Source of the DNA: an uncultured Gemmatimonadaceae bacterium
Lineage (GTDB): Bacteria > Gemmatimonadota > Gemmatimonadetes > Gemmatimonadales > Gemmatimonadaceae
Direction of reading: 5' to 3'
Assembly: GCA_963829055.1 (NCBI GenBank)
Contig: CAWHHI010000011.1
Span: forward strand, 320,001-384,000
Length of the DNA stretch: 64,000 nt
Shown here: positions 19,010-28,673 of the stretch, in pieces
Layout of the letters: the number at the start of each line of letters is the position of its first letter
How positions within the stretch are numbered: the stretch's first letter is position 1
Notes under the pieces: generated by a model
The model's database searches: none
Told to the model about the DNA's origin: nothing
What the model saw: the letters and a program-made list of their open reading frames with translations, nothing else
Program-made: the position numbers and the translations under genes

Positions 19010-20338
19010 TCACCCCGCGCCGGAGGCCCGCTCGAATGCACGCATCACGGCGGCGCGTGTCTCTTCGATGACGTCCGCGTCGTGCGCGGTCGACACGAAG
19101 GCGGCCTCGAACTGCGACGGGGCGAGGTACACGCCTTCCTCCAATAGCGCGTGGAAGAGCCGAGCGTATCGCGCTGTGTCGGCGCGGGATGCCGACGTGT
19201 AGTCGCTGACCGGATGCTCGGAGAGAAAGAATCCCCACATGCCGCCGAGCGCCGACGTCTGCACGACGATGCCGGCCCGCGTCGCCGCGTCGCGCACTGC
19301 CGCGGTCAGCGCTTCGCTCGCCCGATTCAGGTGGTCGTAGGCCCGGCTCTGTTTCAGCTCGCGGAGCGTCGCAATCCCTGCGGCCATCGCGAGCGGATTG
19401 CCTGAAAGCGTACCGGCCTGATACACGGTACCCGCGGGCGCGACGTGCGACATGAGCTCGCGGCTTCCTCCATATGCGGCTGCGGGCAGGCCTCCGCCGA
19501 TCACCTTGCCCAGGCACGTGAGATCCGGTCGCACATCGAACAGATTCTGCGCACCACCCCAGGCAACGCGAAAGCCGGTCATCACCTCGTCGAATACGAG
19601 CAGTGCGCCGGATTCCGTGGCGATGTCGCGGAGCGCCTGGAGGAATCCGGGCGCCGGCAACACCATCCCCATGTTCCCTGCGACCGGTTCGACGACGATG
19701 GCTGCGATCTTATCGGGGTAGCGCTCGACGAGATCACGTACGGCGTCGGCGCTATTGTACGGCGCCACGAGTGTGTCGGCCGTCGTCGACGCCGTGACGC
19801 CCGGGCTGTCCGGCAGGCCTAACGACGCGACGCCGGACCCCGCCTGCACGAGAAACGAATCGGCGTGCCCATGGTAGCAGCCAGCGAACTTGATGACCTT
19901 GGACCGGCCGGTCGCGGCGCGCGCGAGGCGGATCGCACTCATTGCCGCCTCCGTGCCTGACGAGACGAAGCGCACCATCTCGATCGACGGAATCGCGTCC
20001 ACGATCAGCGTCGCAAGCTCCAGCTCCAGTGCCGTCGGCGCGCCGTACGACGTGCCGACGACGGCCTGTCGCGTGATGGCCTCGACGACCGCCGGATGGG
20101 CGTGTCCGAGGATCAGCGCGCCCCACGACATCACGTAATCCGCGTACTCGTTGCCGTCGGCATCGACGATGAAAGCCCCGGCACCCGCGCGAATGAAGCG
20201 AGGCGATCCGCCCACGGCACGAAATGCGCGCACGGGGCTGCTCACACCGCCCGGCATAACGTGGCGCGCTTCGGCGAATAATCGCTCGGACACTTCGATG
20301 GAGCGCACGCCGGAGCGTAGCTCGGGTGCGATCGTCAC
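19010..20338 (-). CDS. hemL: Glutamate-1-semialdehyde 2,1-aminomutase
   Basis: MPGGVSSPVRAF, FAGCYHGHAD, FDEVMTGFR, PLP Lys in LGKVIGGGLP, YQAGTLSGNP; GTGA overlap with the hemB stop. Confidence 0.96.
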   Translation of the reverse strand: MTIAPELRSGVRSIEVSERLFAEARHVMPGGVSSPVRAFRAVGGSPRFIRAGAGAFIVDADGNEYADYVMSWGALILGHAHPAVVEAITRQAVVGTSYGAPTALELELATLIVDAIPSIEMVRFVSSGTEAAMSAIRLARAATGRSKVIKFAGCYHGHADSFLVQAGSGVASLGLPDSPGVTASTTADTLVAPYNSADAVRDLVERYPDKIAAIVVEPVAGNMGMVLPAPGFLQALRDIATESGALLVFDEVMTGFRVAWGGAQNLFDVRPDLTCLGKVIGGGLPAAAYGGSRELMSHVAPAGTVYQAGTLSGNPLAMAAGIATLRELKQSRAYDHLNRASEALTAAVRDAATRAGIVVQTSALGGMWGFFLSEHPVSDYTSASRADTARYARLFHALLEEGVYLAPSQFEAAFVSTAHDADVIEETRAAVMRAFERASGAG

Positions 20339-21378
20339 TGGTCCTCCCGAAGCCAACGCGCGGCTGTCGTGGCGTAATAGGTCAGAATCAGGTCGGCGCC
20401 GGCTCGGCGAATGGCAACGAGAGACTCGAGTGCTGCGCGTCGCTCATCGATCCAGCCACGCTCGGCGGCGGCCTTCAGCATCGCGTACTCGCCACTCACC
20501 TGATACGCCGCGATGGGAACGTCGAGGCGTGCGCGTGCGTCTGCGATGATGTCCAGGTAGCACCCGGCGGGTTTCACCATGATCATGTCCGCGCCTTCGC
20601 GCACATCGATCAGCATCTCGCGCATGGCTTCGCGACGGTTGCGAGAGTCCATCTGGTACCCGCGTCGGTCGCCGAACGATGGCGCGGACGCGACCGCCTC
20701 GCGGAACGGACCGTAGAACGCCGATGCGTATTTCGCGGCGTACGACAGGATGCTGACGTCGTGGTGACCGGCGGCATCGAGCGCCTGACGGATCGCGGTC
20801 ACCTGACCATCCATCATCGCGCTCGGAGCAACGACGTTGGCGCCGGCGTCGGCGTACGTGACGGCGGCACTCGCGAGCCGTTCGAGCGTCGCATCGTTGG
20901 CCACGTCATCACCAGCAACGATTCCGCAGTGCCCGTGATCCGTGTACTCGCAGAGACACACGTCCGCCGCGATCACGAGATCGGGAACGGCGCGTCGCAT
21001 TGCAGCAATGGCTCGTGGTACTGGCCCGCGTGGATCTGACGCGCTGCTTCCGACGGCGTCCTTGGTAGCCGGGAGTCCGAACAGAATCACCGACCGAACG
21101 CCGCTCGTGCGGACCCCCTCCGCCACGCTGTCCGCGTGCGACACCGGCCAGCGATGCTGGCCCGGCAGTGCATCCAGCGGTTGTGGCTCGCCGTTCGCGT
21201 CGACGATGAACAGCGGCTGCATGAGTTGCGATGCGGAAAGCGCCGTCTCCGCCACCATCTCGCGAAGTCCGGCCGACGCCCGCAGTCGACGCGGCCGTAC
21301 CACTGGCCGAGTCGGTACCGCCGTTAGGCTGTCGAGGGCGCTATCGCGCGGGATCGGCGAAGTGGTCGGCGAGAACAT
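20335..21378 (-). CDS. hemB: Porphobilinogen synthase, Zn-type
   Basis: RPRRLR, Zn-binding DVCLCEYTDHGHCG, PSAMMDG, YASAFYGPFREA, MVKP, AYQVSGEY. Confidence 0.96.
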   Translation of the reverse strand: MFSPTTSPIPRDSALDSLTAVPTRPVVRPRRLRASAGLREMVAETALSASQLMQPLFIVDANGEPQPLDALPGQHRWPVSHADSVAEGVRTSGVRSVILFGLPATKDAVGSSASDPRGPVPRAIAAMRRAVPDLVIAADVCLCEYTDHGHCGIVAGDDVANDATLERLASAAVTYADAGANVVAPSAMMDGQVTAIRQALDAAGHHDVSILSYAAKYASAFYGPFREAVASAPSFGDRRGYQMDSRNRREAMREMLIDVREGADMIMVKPAGCYLDIIADARARLDVPIAAYQVSGEYAMLKAAAERGWIDERRAALESLVAIRRAGADLILTYYATTAARWLREDQ

Positions 21379-21421
21379 TGAGCAGCCCCTCGAGGTTGTG
21401 ATGGGTGGCCACGGCGGCGAC

Positions 21422-22432
21422 TCAGCCGCGCTCGTGACCACATGCCGCGCTGGGCCGGCCGAGTAGGCGAGCACCGCCCTCCGACAACAGGGATTCGGCC
21501 AGTGACCTGCCTAACGCCTCAGGGTTATCGACGGGGCCGGTGACCGACGCACGCACCGACGCGCCATCGATCGACCCAATGAATCCCTGCAACCGGATGT
21601 TGGGGCACACGCCCGCATGCACCTCGGCGTACGCCGCAACCGGCACGCTGCATCCGCCCCCGACCAGCGCGAGGAACGCGCGTTCCGCGATCACGGCCGT
21701 TTTCGTCGCCGCGTCGTTCAGCGACGCGATCATGAGCCAGGTGTCGGGATCCGCCGCGCGCGTTTCGAGCGCCAGCGCCCCCTGCCCGACTGACGGCAGC
21801 ATCTCTTCCGGCGAGAACACGTACGTCGCGCGATGCGACAGACCGAGTCGTGAGAGCCCCGCGGCGGCGAGCACGATCGCGTCGAACTCGCCGTCATCCA
21901 GCTTTCGCAGGCGCGTGTCTACGTTCCCGCGCATGCTCTCGAGCACGAGATCGGGGCGCAGCGCGCGGAGCTGTGCGATGCGCCGTGGGCTGCTCGTGCC
22001 GACGCGCGCGCCACGTGGTAACTCGTCGAGGCCGCCAAAGCGCGAGATCAGCACGTCATGCGGGTCGGCCCGGGGCGGGAAGACCGGCAATGCCATATCC
22101 GGCGGCAGGTCTGACGGCAGGTCCTTGGCGCTGTGCACCGCGAGGTCGATCCGCCGGTCGCGCAACGCCTGCTCGATCTCGGCCACGAACAACCCTTTCC
22201 CATCGATGGCCGCGAGAGGGCGATCGATAATGAGGTCGCCTTTGGTCGTGATCCGTTCCCGGGCGACCTGCACCCCCGGATTCGCGGCGATGATCGCCGC
22301 TTCGATGAGCGTCGTCTGCGCGAGCGCGAGCAGACTTCCTCGTGTGCCGATCGTCAGAGTGGCGGGCGTCGCGACGGGTCGCGGGGCTCCCGCGTCGGCG
22401 GTGCGGTTGGCGGCGGTAAGCGCAGTCCCCAG
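21422..22432 (-). CDS. hemC: Hydroxymethylbilane synthase (start uncertain)
   Basis: IGTRGSLLALAQ, GKGLF, AVHSAKD, GTSSPRR, RGNVDTRL, GGCSVPV; a possible CTG start at 22432 follows GGAGG. Confidence 0.93.
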   Translation of the reverse strand: MGTALTAANRTADAGAPRPVATPATLTIGTRGSLLALAQTTLIEAAIIAANPGVQVARERITTKGDLIIDRPLAAIDGKGLFVAEIEQALRDRRIDLAVHSAKDLPSDLPPDMALPVFPPRADPHDVLISRFGGLDELPRGARVGTSSPRRIAQLRALRPDLVLESMRGNVDTRLRKLDDGEFDAIVLAAAGLSRLGLSHRATYVFSPEEMLPSVGQGALALETRAADPDTWLMIASLNDAATKTAVIAERAFLALVGGGCSVPVAAYAEVHAGVCPNIRLQGFIGSIDGASVRASVTGPVDNPEALGRSLAESLLSEGGARLLGRPSAACGHERG

Positions 22433-22504
22433 ACGACCCTCCGGATAGCGAGCTCGGAGCTCTGGCCCTGTCGAGGATAGCCGTTTGGCGCCATCTCGAC
22501 GGTG

Positions 22505-22548
22505 AGTACTGTCGCCGCTACACCAGAATATGTCAAGCCTGATTGACA
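22505..22548. promoter_or_regulatory. Tandem PpsR/CrtJ operator upstream of hemC-hemB-hemL
   Basis: AGT-ACTGTCGCCGCT-ACA (22505-22522), 8-bp gap, TGTCAA-GCCTGA-TTGACA (22531-22548). Confidence 0.82.
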
Positions 22549-22591
22549 CTCTATTGCGGTATACTTCCGCCGGCTTCCCTCACACCATTCG

Positions 22592-23071
22592 ATGCCAACA
22601 CACTCCGCGGGCGATCGGCCGCGCAACGCTCGACACTCCGCGCGGAGCACCGACTCGCGACTGGATCTGCCGACCGGCAGACGGGTGCTCGCCATCGCGA
22701 GCCGCGTCCTCCGACTTCGCTGTCCGCACTGCGGCGGCGGTCACGTCCTCACGCGGCGCGTCGCCGTCCGAGACCGCTGCCTCGGGTGCGGCCTCCAATT
22801 TCGTCGCAGCGACGACAACTACTTCTCGGGCGCGATGTTCTTCGGCCTGTTGATCGGCGAGACCATCTTCGCGCTCAGCCTGCTCGGGACAATCGTCGTA
22901 TCGTGGCCCGACGTTCCGTGGGACGCCATCACGTACATCGCGCCGGTTGGCATGATCGTCGTGATGCTGCTGCTGATTCCCGTGTCGAAGGTCGTGTGGC
23001 TCGGCGTCGATCTGCTGGTGCGACCCGCGACGCCGGCAGAGTTGAGCTCCCCCGGCATCGCGGATCGTTAG
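22592..23071 (+). CDS. DUF983-like protein (Zn-ribbon CxxC..CxxC plus two TM helices)
   Basis: RCPHCGGG..RCLGCG followed by hydrophobic segments and PVSKVVWL. Confidence 0.7.
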   Translation: MPTHSAGDRPRNARHSARSTDSRLDLPTGRRVLAIASRVLRLRCPHCGGGHVLTRRVAVRDRCLGCGLQFRRSDDNYFSGAMFFGLLIGETIFALSLLGTIVVSWPDVPWDAITYIAPVGMIVVMLLLIPVSKVVWLGVDLLVRPATPAELSSPGIADR

Positions 23072-23084
23072 GCCGAATCGCGGA

Positions 23085-25274
23085 TCACGGCGCCGTTCCG
23101 GGGTTGTACCGCTTCACCGTCTGCGCCTCGATGTCGGCGGGTGTGAACGCGACGCGCTTCATCTCGCCGCGCGCGAACATCTCCGCCTGATCGCTGTGGA
23201 ACGGCGAGTCCTCGCGCGAGCTTTCGCCGTAGGCGAGCACAGAATACGCGCGCGGAATCTCCTTCCCGAACTCGATCGCCAGAACCCATCCGTCGCCGCC
23301 GATGGCGGAGCGCTTCCCATCCGGATTCGTGGCGAAGTTGAGCACGCGGAAGCAGCCTAACGCGCCGCTGCATCCGCCCACCGGCACGTCGACCTTGCCC
23401 ATTCGCACGCGATGCACGTCGCCCCATGCGATGCCCGGGTCGCCGTACTGCTTCGTCGTCTCGGCAACCGCCTGAGCGAACGCGCGCGCCGCGCGCGCTG
23501 GATCCTTGAGTCCCCGCGGCGTCATGAACGGCTTCGCCGGTGTCCAGGGCTCAGCGTACAGGGAGTCGACAATTCCGCCCTGCGTGTAGAGACGCCACCA
23601 GTTCTCGAAGAGGACGGCGCCCTTACTCGTCGGGCCCGCGGCATTGTCCCACTTCGCCAGCATGTCGGCTGCGCTCGTCACCGATGCGTCTGGATTCGAT
23701 GCTCGCACCGCCGCGATGAGATCGGGCTTCACGCGATCGGCCAACAGCATCCGGTACGAGTGCTTGAGCGCGATCACGTCCTCGAGGCTGAGCTTCTGCT
23801 GCGGATCGATCAGCGTCAGGGCCATCTGCGTGCGCAGGCCGAGCCTGGGCTCCGGGAAGTTCGCCGGATACTTCGACCGGTCGAGCACCTGACGCAGATT
23901 CGTGTGATATGGCGGATCGTTCGAGTTCTGCACGTACCCGCCCTTGGGATTCAACAGCTGCGGCAGCGAATCGAAATCGACATAACGCGTCCATACGTCC
24001 GACGTCCGGCGCGCGGGAATGGCCGCGGTGTCGCCACCGCTCGGATGCGGCAGCGATGGGATCGACGCGTTCCAGACGTAGTAGATGTTCCCGGCACGAT
24101 CGGCGTAGGTGAAGTTCGAGTTGAAGCGCGAGCGAATCCGCATCGCATCCTTCCACTCCGCGAGCGACTTCGCCCGCATCATGTGCAGGAACTGCTCGCC
24201 GCCGCGGTAGTCCCCTTCGTCCGCGCCGCGGAACACGTAGATCTTGCCGCCGTCGCGCCAGATCACGGGGCCCAACGGTGTGCGCCACGTCTCCCGCGTT
24301 TCCGTCGAGAGCCCGTTGCCGTTCTTGTACGTGACGGTGGTGAGCTCGCGCTGGAGCGGCAACGACGTCCCGTCGAACAGGTAGTGGTCCGCGCGCGCCG
24401 GATCGACGTCGAGCGCGTAGATCTCGTCGAGATCCGGCGCGTTGTTCGTGGTCGACCAGCCGAGGTCCTTGTTGAATCCGCCGACCACGCCGAACGGTCC
24501 GCCGATCCGGAAGTCGCCGTAGAAGTCCATGACGCCGGGAACCGTGATATGGCCTTCGTAGTAGCCGGAGCTCCAGGCGAGGTGCGGATTCCGCAGCAGA
24601 ATGGCGCGGCCGGACTTCGTGCGGCTCGGCGCGAACGCCCACGCGTTCGACCCCTCTTCGATCGGATCGACGCCTTCGTTCGACGGCTCCGGGCTGGCCG
24701 CAGCCGGTCCAGCTCTGCGATTCGTGTTCGTCGCTGGCGCGACGCGAGCGAGGAATCGTCGCGCACTCGCCTGCGACGCCGACGTGACGTCACGCGCCGC
24801 CACGTCGTAGCCGGTGAAGCTCGGCGTGAACCCAGCTGGAAACTCCTGAGGGTGCAGCTCAATGTATCGATTTACCCCAGCCGCGAACCCCTCGTACACG
24901 TCGCGCGTCGGCTGCTCCAGGCGGGCGTAATTCTCCACCGCCAGCGCGTATTCGCGCTGAGCGCCGAAGTCGCCATCCATACTGTCGCGCCCGAACCAGC
25001 GGCCCATCTCGCCGCGCGCGCGCAGCAGCCCCATTGCCACACGTGCGCCGTAGTCCTCGAGCTGCACGTAGCCCAGCGCGTACGCCGCCGCCGCGAGATT
25101 CTCGGCCTTGATGTGGGGCACACCGTGCGTGGTGCGTCGAATCTCGACCTGTCGCGCGTAATCCGGCACCGCCGGTGTGGTCTGCGCGGCTGCACCCACG
25201 GCGGTGGTGAGCAGAAACGCGGCAGTAAAGGCTGAAACGAGCGGTGTGATGATGTGAGATCGCGTAGCGGTCAC
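23085..25274 (-). CDS. Penicillin acylase / AHL-acylase family Ntn-hydrolase, secreted
   Basis: IRRTTHGVPHIKA; Ser nucleophile in GSNAWA; LLRNPHLAW, NFTYAD, QNSND; signal peptide; start inferred. Confidence 0.9.
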   Translation of the reverse strand: MTATRSHIITPLVSAFTAAFLLTTAVGAAAQTTPAVPDYARQVEIRRTTHGVPHIKAENLAAAAYALGYVQLEDYGARVAMGLLRARGEMGRWFGRDSMDGDFGAQREYALAVENYARLEQPTRDVYEGFAAGVNRYIELHPQEFPAGFTPSFTGYDVAARDVTSASQASARRFLARVAPATNTNRRAGPAAASPEPSNEGVDPIEEGSNAWAFAPSRTKSGRAILLRNPHLAWSSGYYEGHITVPGVMDFYGDFRIGGPFGVVGGFNKDLGWSTTNNAPDLDEIYALDVDPARADHYLFDGTSLPLQRELTTVTYKNGNGLSTETRETWRTPLGPVIWRDGGKIYVFRGADEGDYRGGEQFLHMMRAKSLAEWKDAMRIRSRFNSNFTYADRAGNIYYVWNASIPSLPHPSGGDTAAIPARRTSDVWTRYVDFDSLPQLLNPKGGYVQNSNDPPYHTNLRQVLDRSKYPANFPEPRLGLRTQMALTLIDPQQKLSLEDVIALKHSYRMLLADRVKPDLIAAVRASNPDASVTSAADMLAKWDNAAGPTSKGAVLFENWWRLYTQGGIVDSLYAEPWTPAKPFMTPRGLKDPARAARAFAQAVAETTKQYGDPGIAWGDVHRVRMGKVDVPVGGCSGALGCFRVLNFATNPDGKRSAIGGDGWVLAIEFGKEIPRAYSVLAYGESSREDSPFHSDQAEMFARGEMKRVAFTPADIEAQTVKRYNPGTAP

Positions 25275-25536
25275 GAGCCAGTGGCTCCTTCGAGGCGAAA
25301 TGGGTACCGGGATAGCGCGGGGACGAGGCATTCGTCCGGACATTCTACGCGCGCTCGCTGGTGGATGCTGACATCCATGGCGCGACTCAGCGGTGTGTGA
25401 CGAAACGATCATGGTTCGGATATGGCGTCGAGCCGGCCGCCGTGTACTATTGCGGGTTGTTACAAAGCCGGTGTTTTCGCGTCGGCTCAGGGCGTCACCG
25501 CCCCTTCCAAGTACTCTCCTTTCGAGAGAGGTGTCA

Positions 25537-28500
25537 ATGAGGACGTGTCAAGTTGTCCGCACACTCGTACAAGCCGCGTTCCTAGGAACGCTCGCGTCCG
25601 GATTCGCGGTCGCGCAAACCCCACAAACGGGCACGATCACCGGCCGCGTCACGGACGCGGCGACTGGTCAGCCAGTGTCTGCCGCTCAGGTAGGCATCGT
25701 CGGTACGAACGCCGGCACGCAGGCCACCAGCGAGGGCGTATACACACTTCGCGGCGTGAACGCGGGGACGGTGCAGATTCGCGTGCTCCGAGTTGGCTAC
25801 GCCGAAGTAAAGCAGACCGTCACGGTCGCGGGTGGTCAAACCGTTACCGCCAACGTGCAGATGCGCGGCGTCGTCGCCACGTTAGCGCCGGTCGTCACGA
25901 CTGCCACCGGTGAACAGCGCCGAGTGGAAGTCGGTAACGCCATCGCGCAGGTGGACGCCGCCAAGCTCGTCGAGACGTCGCCCGTGTCGAACATGGGCGA
26001 TCTGCTCACGGCGCGCGCACCTGGCGTCATGGTCATTGGCGGAACACAGACGGGCGCGGGGACGCGCGTTCGTGTGCGCGGTACGAGCTCGCTGTCGCTC
26101 ACGAACAACCCGATCTACGTCATCGACGGCGTCAGGGTCGAGGGCACAACCGGATCGTCCACACTCGACGTTGGTGGATCGACGCCGTCTCGTGTCGGCG
26201 ATCTCAACCCGGAAGAGATCGAGAACATCGAGATCGTCCGTGGTCCCTCCGCCTCCACGCTGTATGGCACCGACGCCGCGAACGGCGTCATCGTGATCAC
26301 GACCAAGCGCGGCATCGCCGGCAAGACGCAGTGGACGTACTACACTGAACAGTCCGCGATCCAGGACCGGAACAACTATCCCGACCGCCTTCTGGGGCTG
26401 GCGCACCGGCACAACCTCCGCCACGACGTCCAGTCCGTCGAACACCGTCCAGTGCTTCCTGAGCCAGGTCTCCGCTGGCGTCTGCAAGCAGGACAGTGTG
26501 ACGACGTACAACCTCACGGACGACAAGGAGTCGACGCCGTTTGGCATTGGCTACCGGCAGCAGCATGGTCTGCAGCTTCGCGGCGGCACCGATTTCATTC
26601 GGTACTTCGCCCACGGCGAGTACGAGGACGAGGACGGCGTCTCGAAAGTGCCTGACTTCGAGGACCGCTACATGCCAGCGCACGCGCGCTCGCTGTCGCC
26701 GATCCAGCGCAGCCCGAACCATCTGACCAAGATGACGGCGCGGACGAACCTGAACATCACACTCGCGCGTAACGCCGACCTGGCGATCAACGCCGGCTAC
26801 ATCTCGCAGGATCTGCGGCTGAACGAGAGCGACGACTCCGGCACGCTCGGCATCGCGGCCAACACGTACGGCGGCCCCGGGTTCAAGTACAACACGACGG
26901 CCGCGGGCGACACGCTGTACGGATGGCGGCAGTTCACGCCACGCGACATCTACCAGCAGACGTCGAACCAGGGCATCGAGCGCCTCATCACGTCGGCGAA
27001 CGCGAACTGGCGGCCGGCTGAATGGCTGGCGGTGCGCGGGAACATGGGCCTCGACTACATCAACCGCACGGACACGCAGATCTGTCGCTTCCAGAACTGC
27101 CCGGACGTCAGCACGACTCGTCAGGGCTTCAAGATCGACAACCGCAGCAACTTCTTCATCTACACGCTGGACGCGGCCGCGACTGCGACGCGCCGACTCG
27201 GCGCGTCGGTCGAGTCGAAGACCACGGCCGGCATCCAGGCCTACCGCAATTACTTCGATCGCAACGGCGCGAGCGGCACCATCCTCGCTCCGGGTGCGAC
27301 CACGATCTCGGGCGCAGGCACGAAAGCCGCCGACGAATCCACGACCGAGAGCCGCACACTTGGCGGGTATCTCGAGGAGAATCTCGCTCTGCACGACCGC
27401 CTGTTCATCACGGGCGCGATTCGCTCCGACAAGAACAGCGCGTTCGGTGCCGACTTCAAGCGAGTCTACTATCCGAAAGCCGCTGTTTCGTGGGTCGTCT
27501 CGGACGAGTCATTCTTCCCGAAGGCGAACTTCCTCAATCAGCTTCGCCTGCGCACGGCGTACGGTGCCTCGGGCGTACAGCCCGGCACCACGGACGCCGC
27601 ACAGTTCTACACCTCCACGACGGGACGCGGCGAGAGCGGCGATTTCACTGGCGTCGTTTTCAGTTCGGTCGGCAACCGTGAGCTCAAGCCGGAACGGTCC
27701 ACGGAAGCGGAGTTCGGCATCGACGGTACGTTCTGGAACGGTCGCCTCTCGACCGAGCTCACGTACTACGCCAAGTCCTCGAAGGACGCGCTCGTACAGC
27801 GCATCCTCCCGCCATCGCTCGGCACTGGCGCCACGTCACGCTTCGAGAACCTCGGCGAAGTCACGAACAAGGGCATCGAAGCGCTCATCAACGCGCGCAT
27901 CATCCAGAGCAACCAGTTCGGCTGGGACGTCACGCTGAACGGGTCGTCGAACGCGAACAAGCTCGTCACGTTAGGCGGTGTACCCTCCATCGTCACGTCG
28001 TCCACGCTGCAGCAGCGCGAGGGCTACCCGCTCAACGGCTGGTGGTCGCGTAAGCTGCTCGGCTACGAGGACAAGAACGGTGACGGCATCATCACCAACA
28101 CGGGCTGCGCCGCGCTCCAGAAGGACAACACCGCGCAGTGCGAGATTTCTGTCTCGGACACGACGATGTTCCTCGGCTATTCGTCGCCGAGGGCCGAAGC
28201 CGCGATCACCAACGGCTTCGATCTGTTGAACCGCCGCCTCCGCGTGAGCGCGCTGATCGACTACAAGGGCGGTCACAAGAATGTACAACAACACGGAGCG
28301 CATTCGCTGCGCGAGCCGCTTCAACTGCTCGGGACTCATCAGCCCGGATGCGAGTGAGTTCCAGCAGGCCCGCACCGTGATGGTCCGTGAGCACGCGAGC
28401 AGGTCGGTCGGCGGCTTCATCGAGCCCGGCGACTTCGTCCGCTTCCGCGAGCTGTCGGTCTCGTACACCGCACCGGAGTCGTTCGCCTCGCGCTACATCC

Positions 28501-28670
28501 GCGCGCGCAGCCTGGTTGTCTCGGGAGCGGTTCGCAACATCGGCACAGTCTGGACGAAGTACACTGGCGTTGACCCGGAAGCGTTCGGCACGACCGGTGA
28601 CGCCCCGTCGGAGTTCCAGGCCTTCGCGCCGCCGACGTACTTCTCCTTCCGTCTCAACCTTGGCTTCTGA
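25537..28670 (+). CDS. SusC/RagA-family TonB-dependent transporter, frameshifts near 26385 and 28275
   Basis: N-terminal carboxypeptidase-regulatory domain; plug NPIYVIDGV..LNPEEIENIEIVRGPSASTLYGTDAANGVIVITTKRG; LKPERSTE; C-terminal LNLGF. Confidence 0.9.
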
Positions 28671-28673
28671 GGA

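Noticed and set aside
22433..22549. Long N-terminal extension of HemC in the ORF track
   Set aside because: It overlaps the PpsR boxes and promoter and is not HemC-like; the true start is probably downstream.
23412..25235. Long antisense and alternative-frame ORFs (607 aa here, and many others in the track)
   Set aside because: They are Arg/Ala-rich shadows expected in high-GC DNA opposite well-supported genes, with no motifs.
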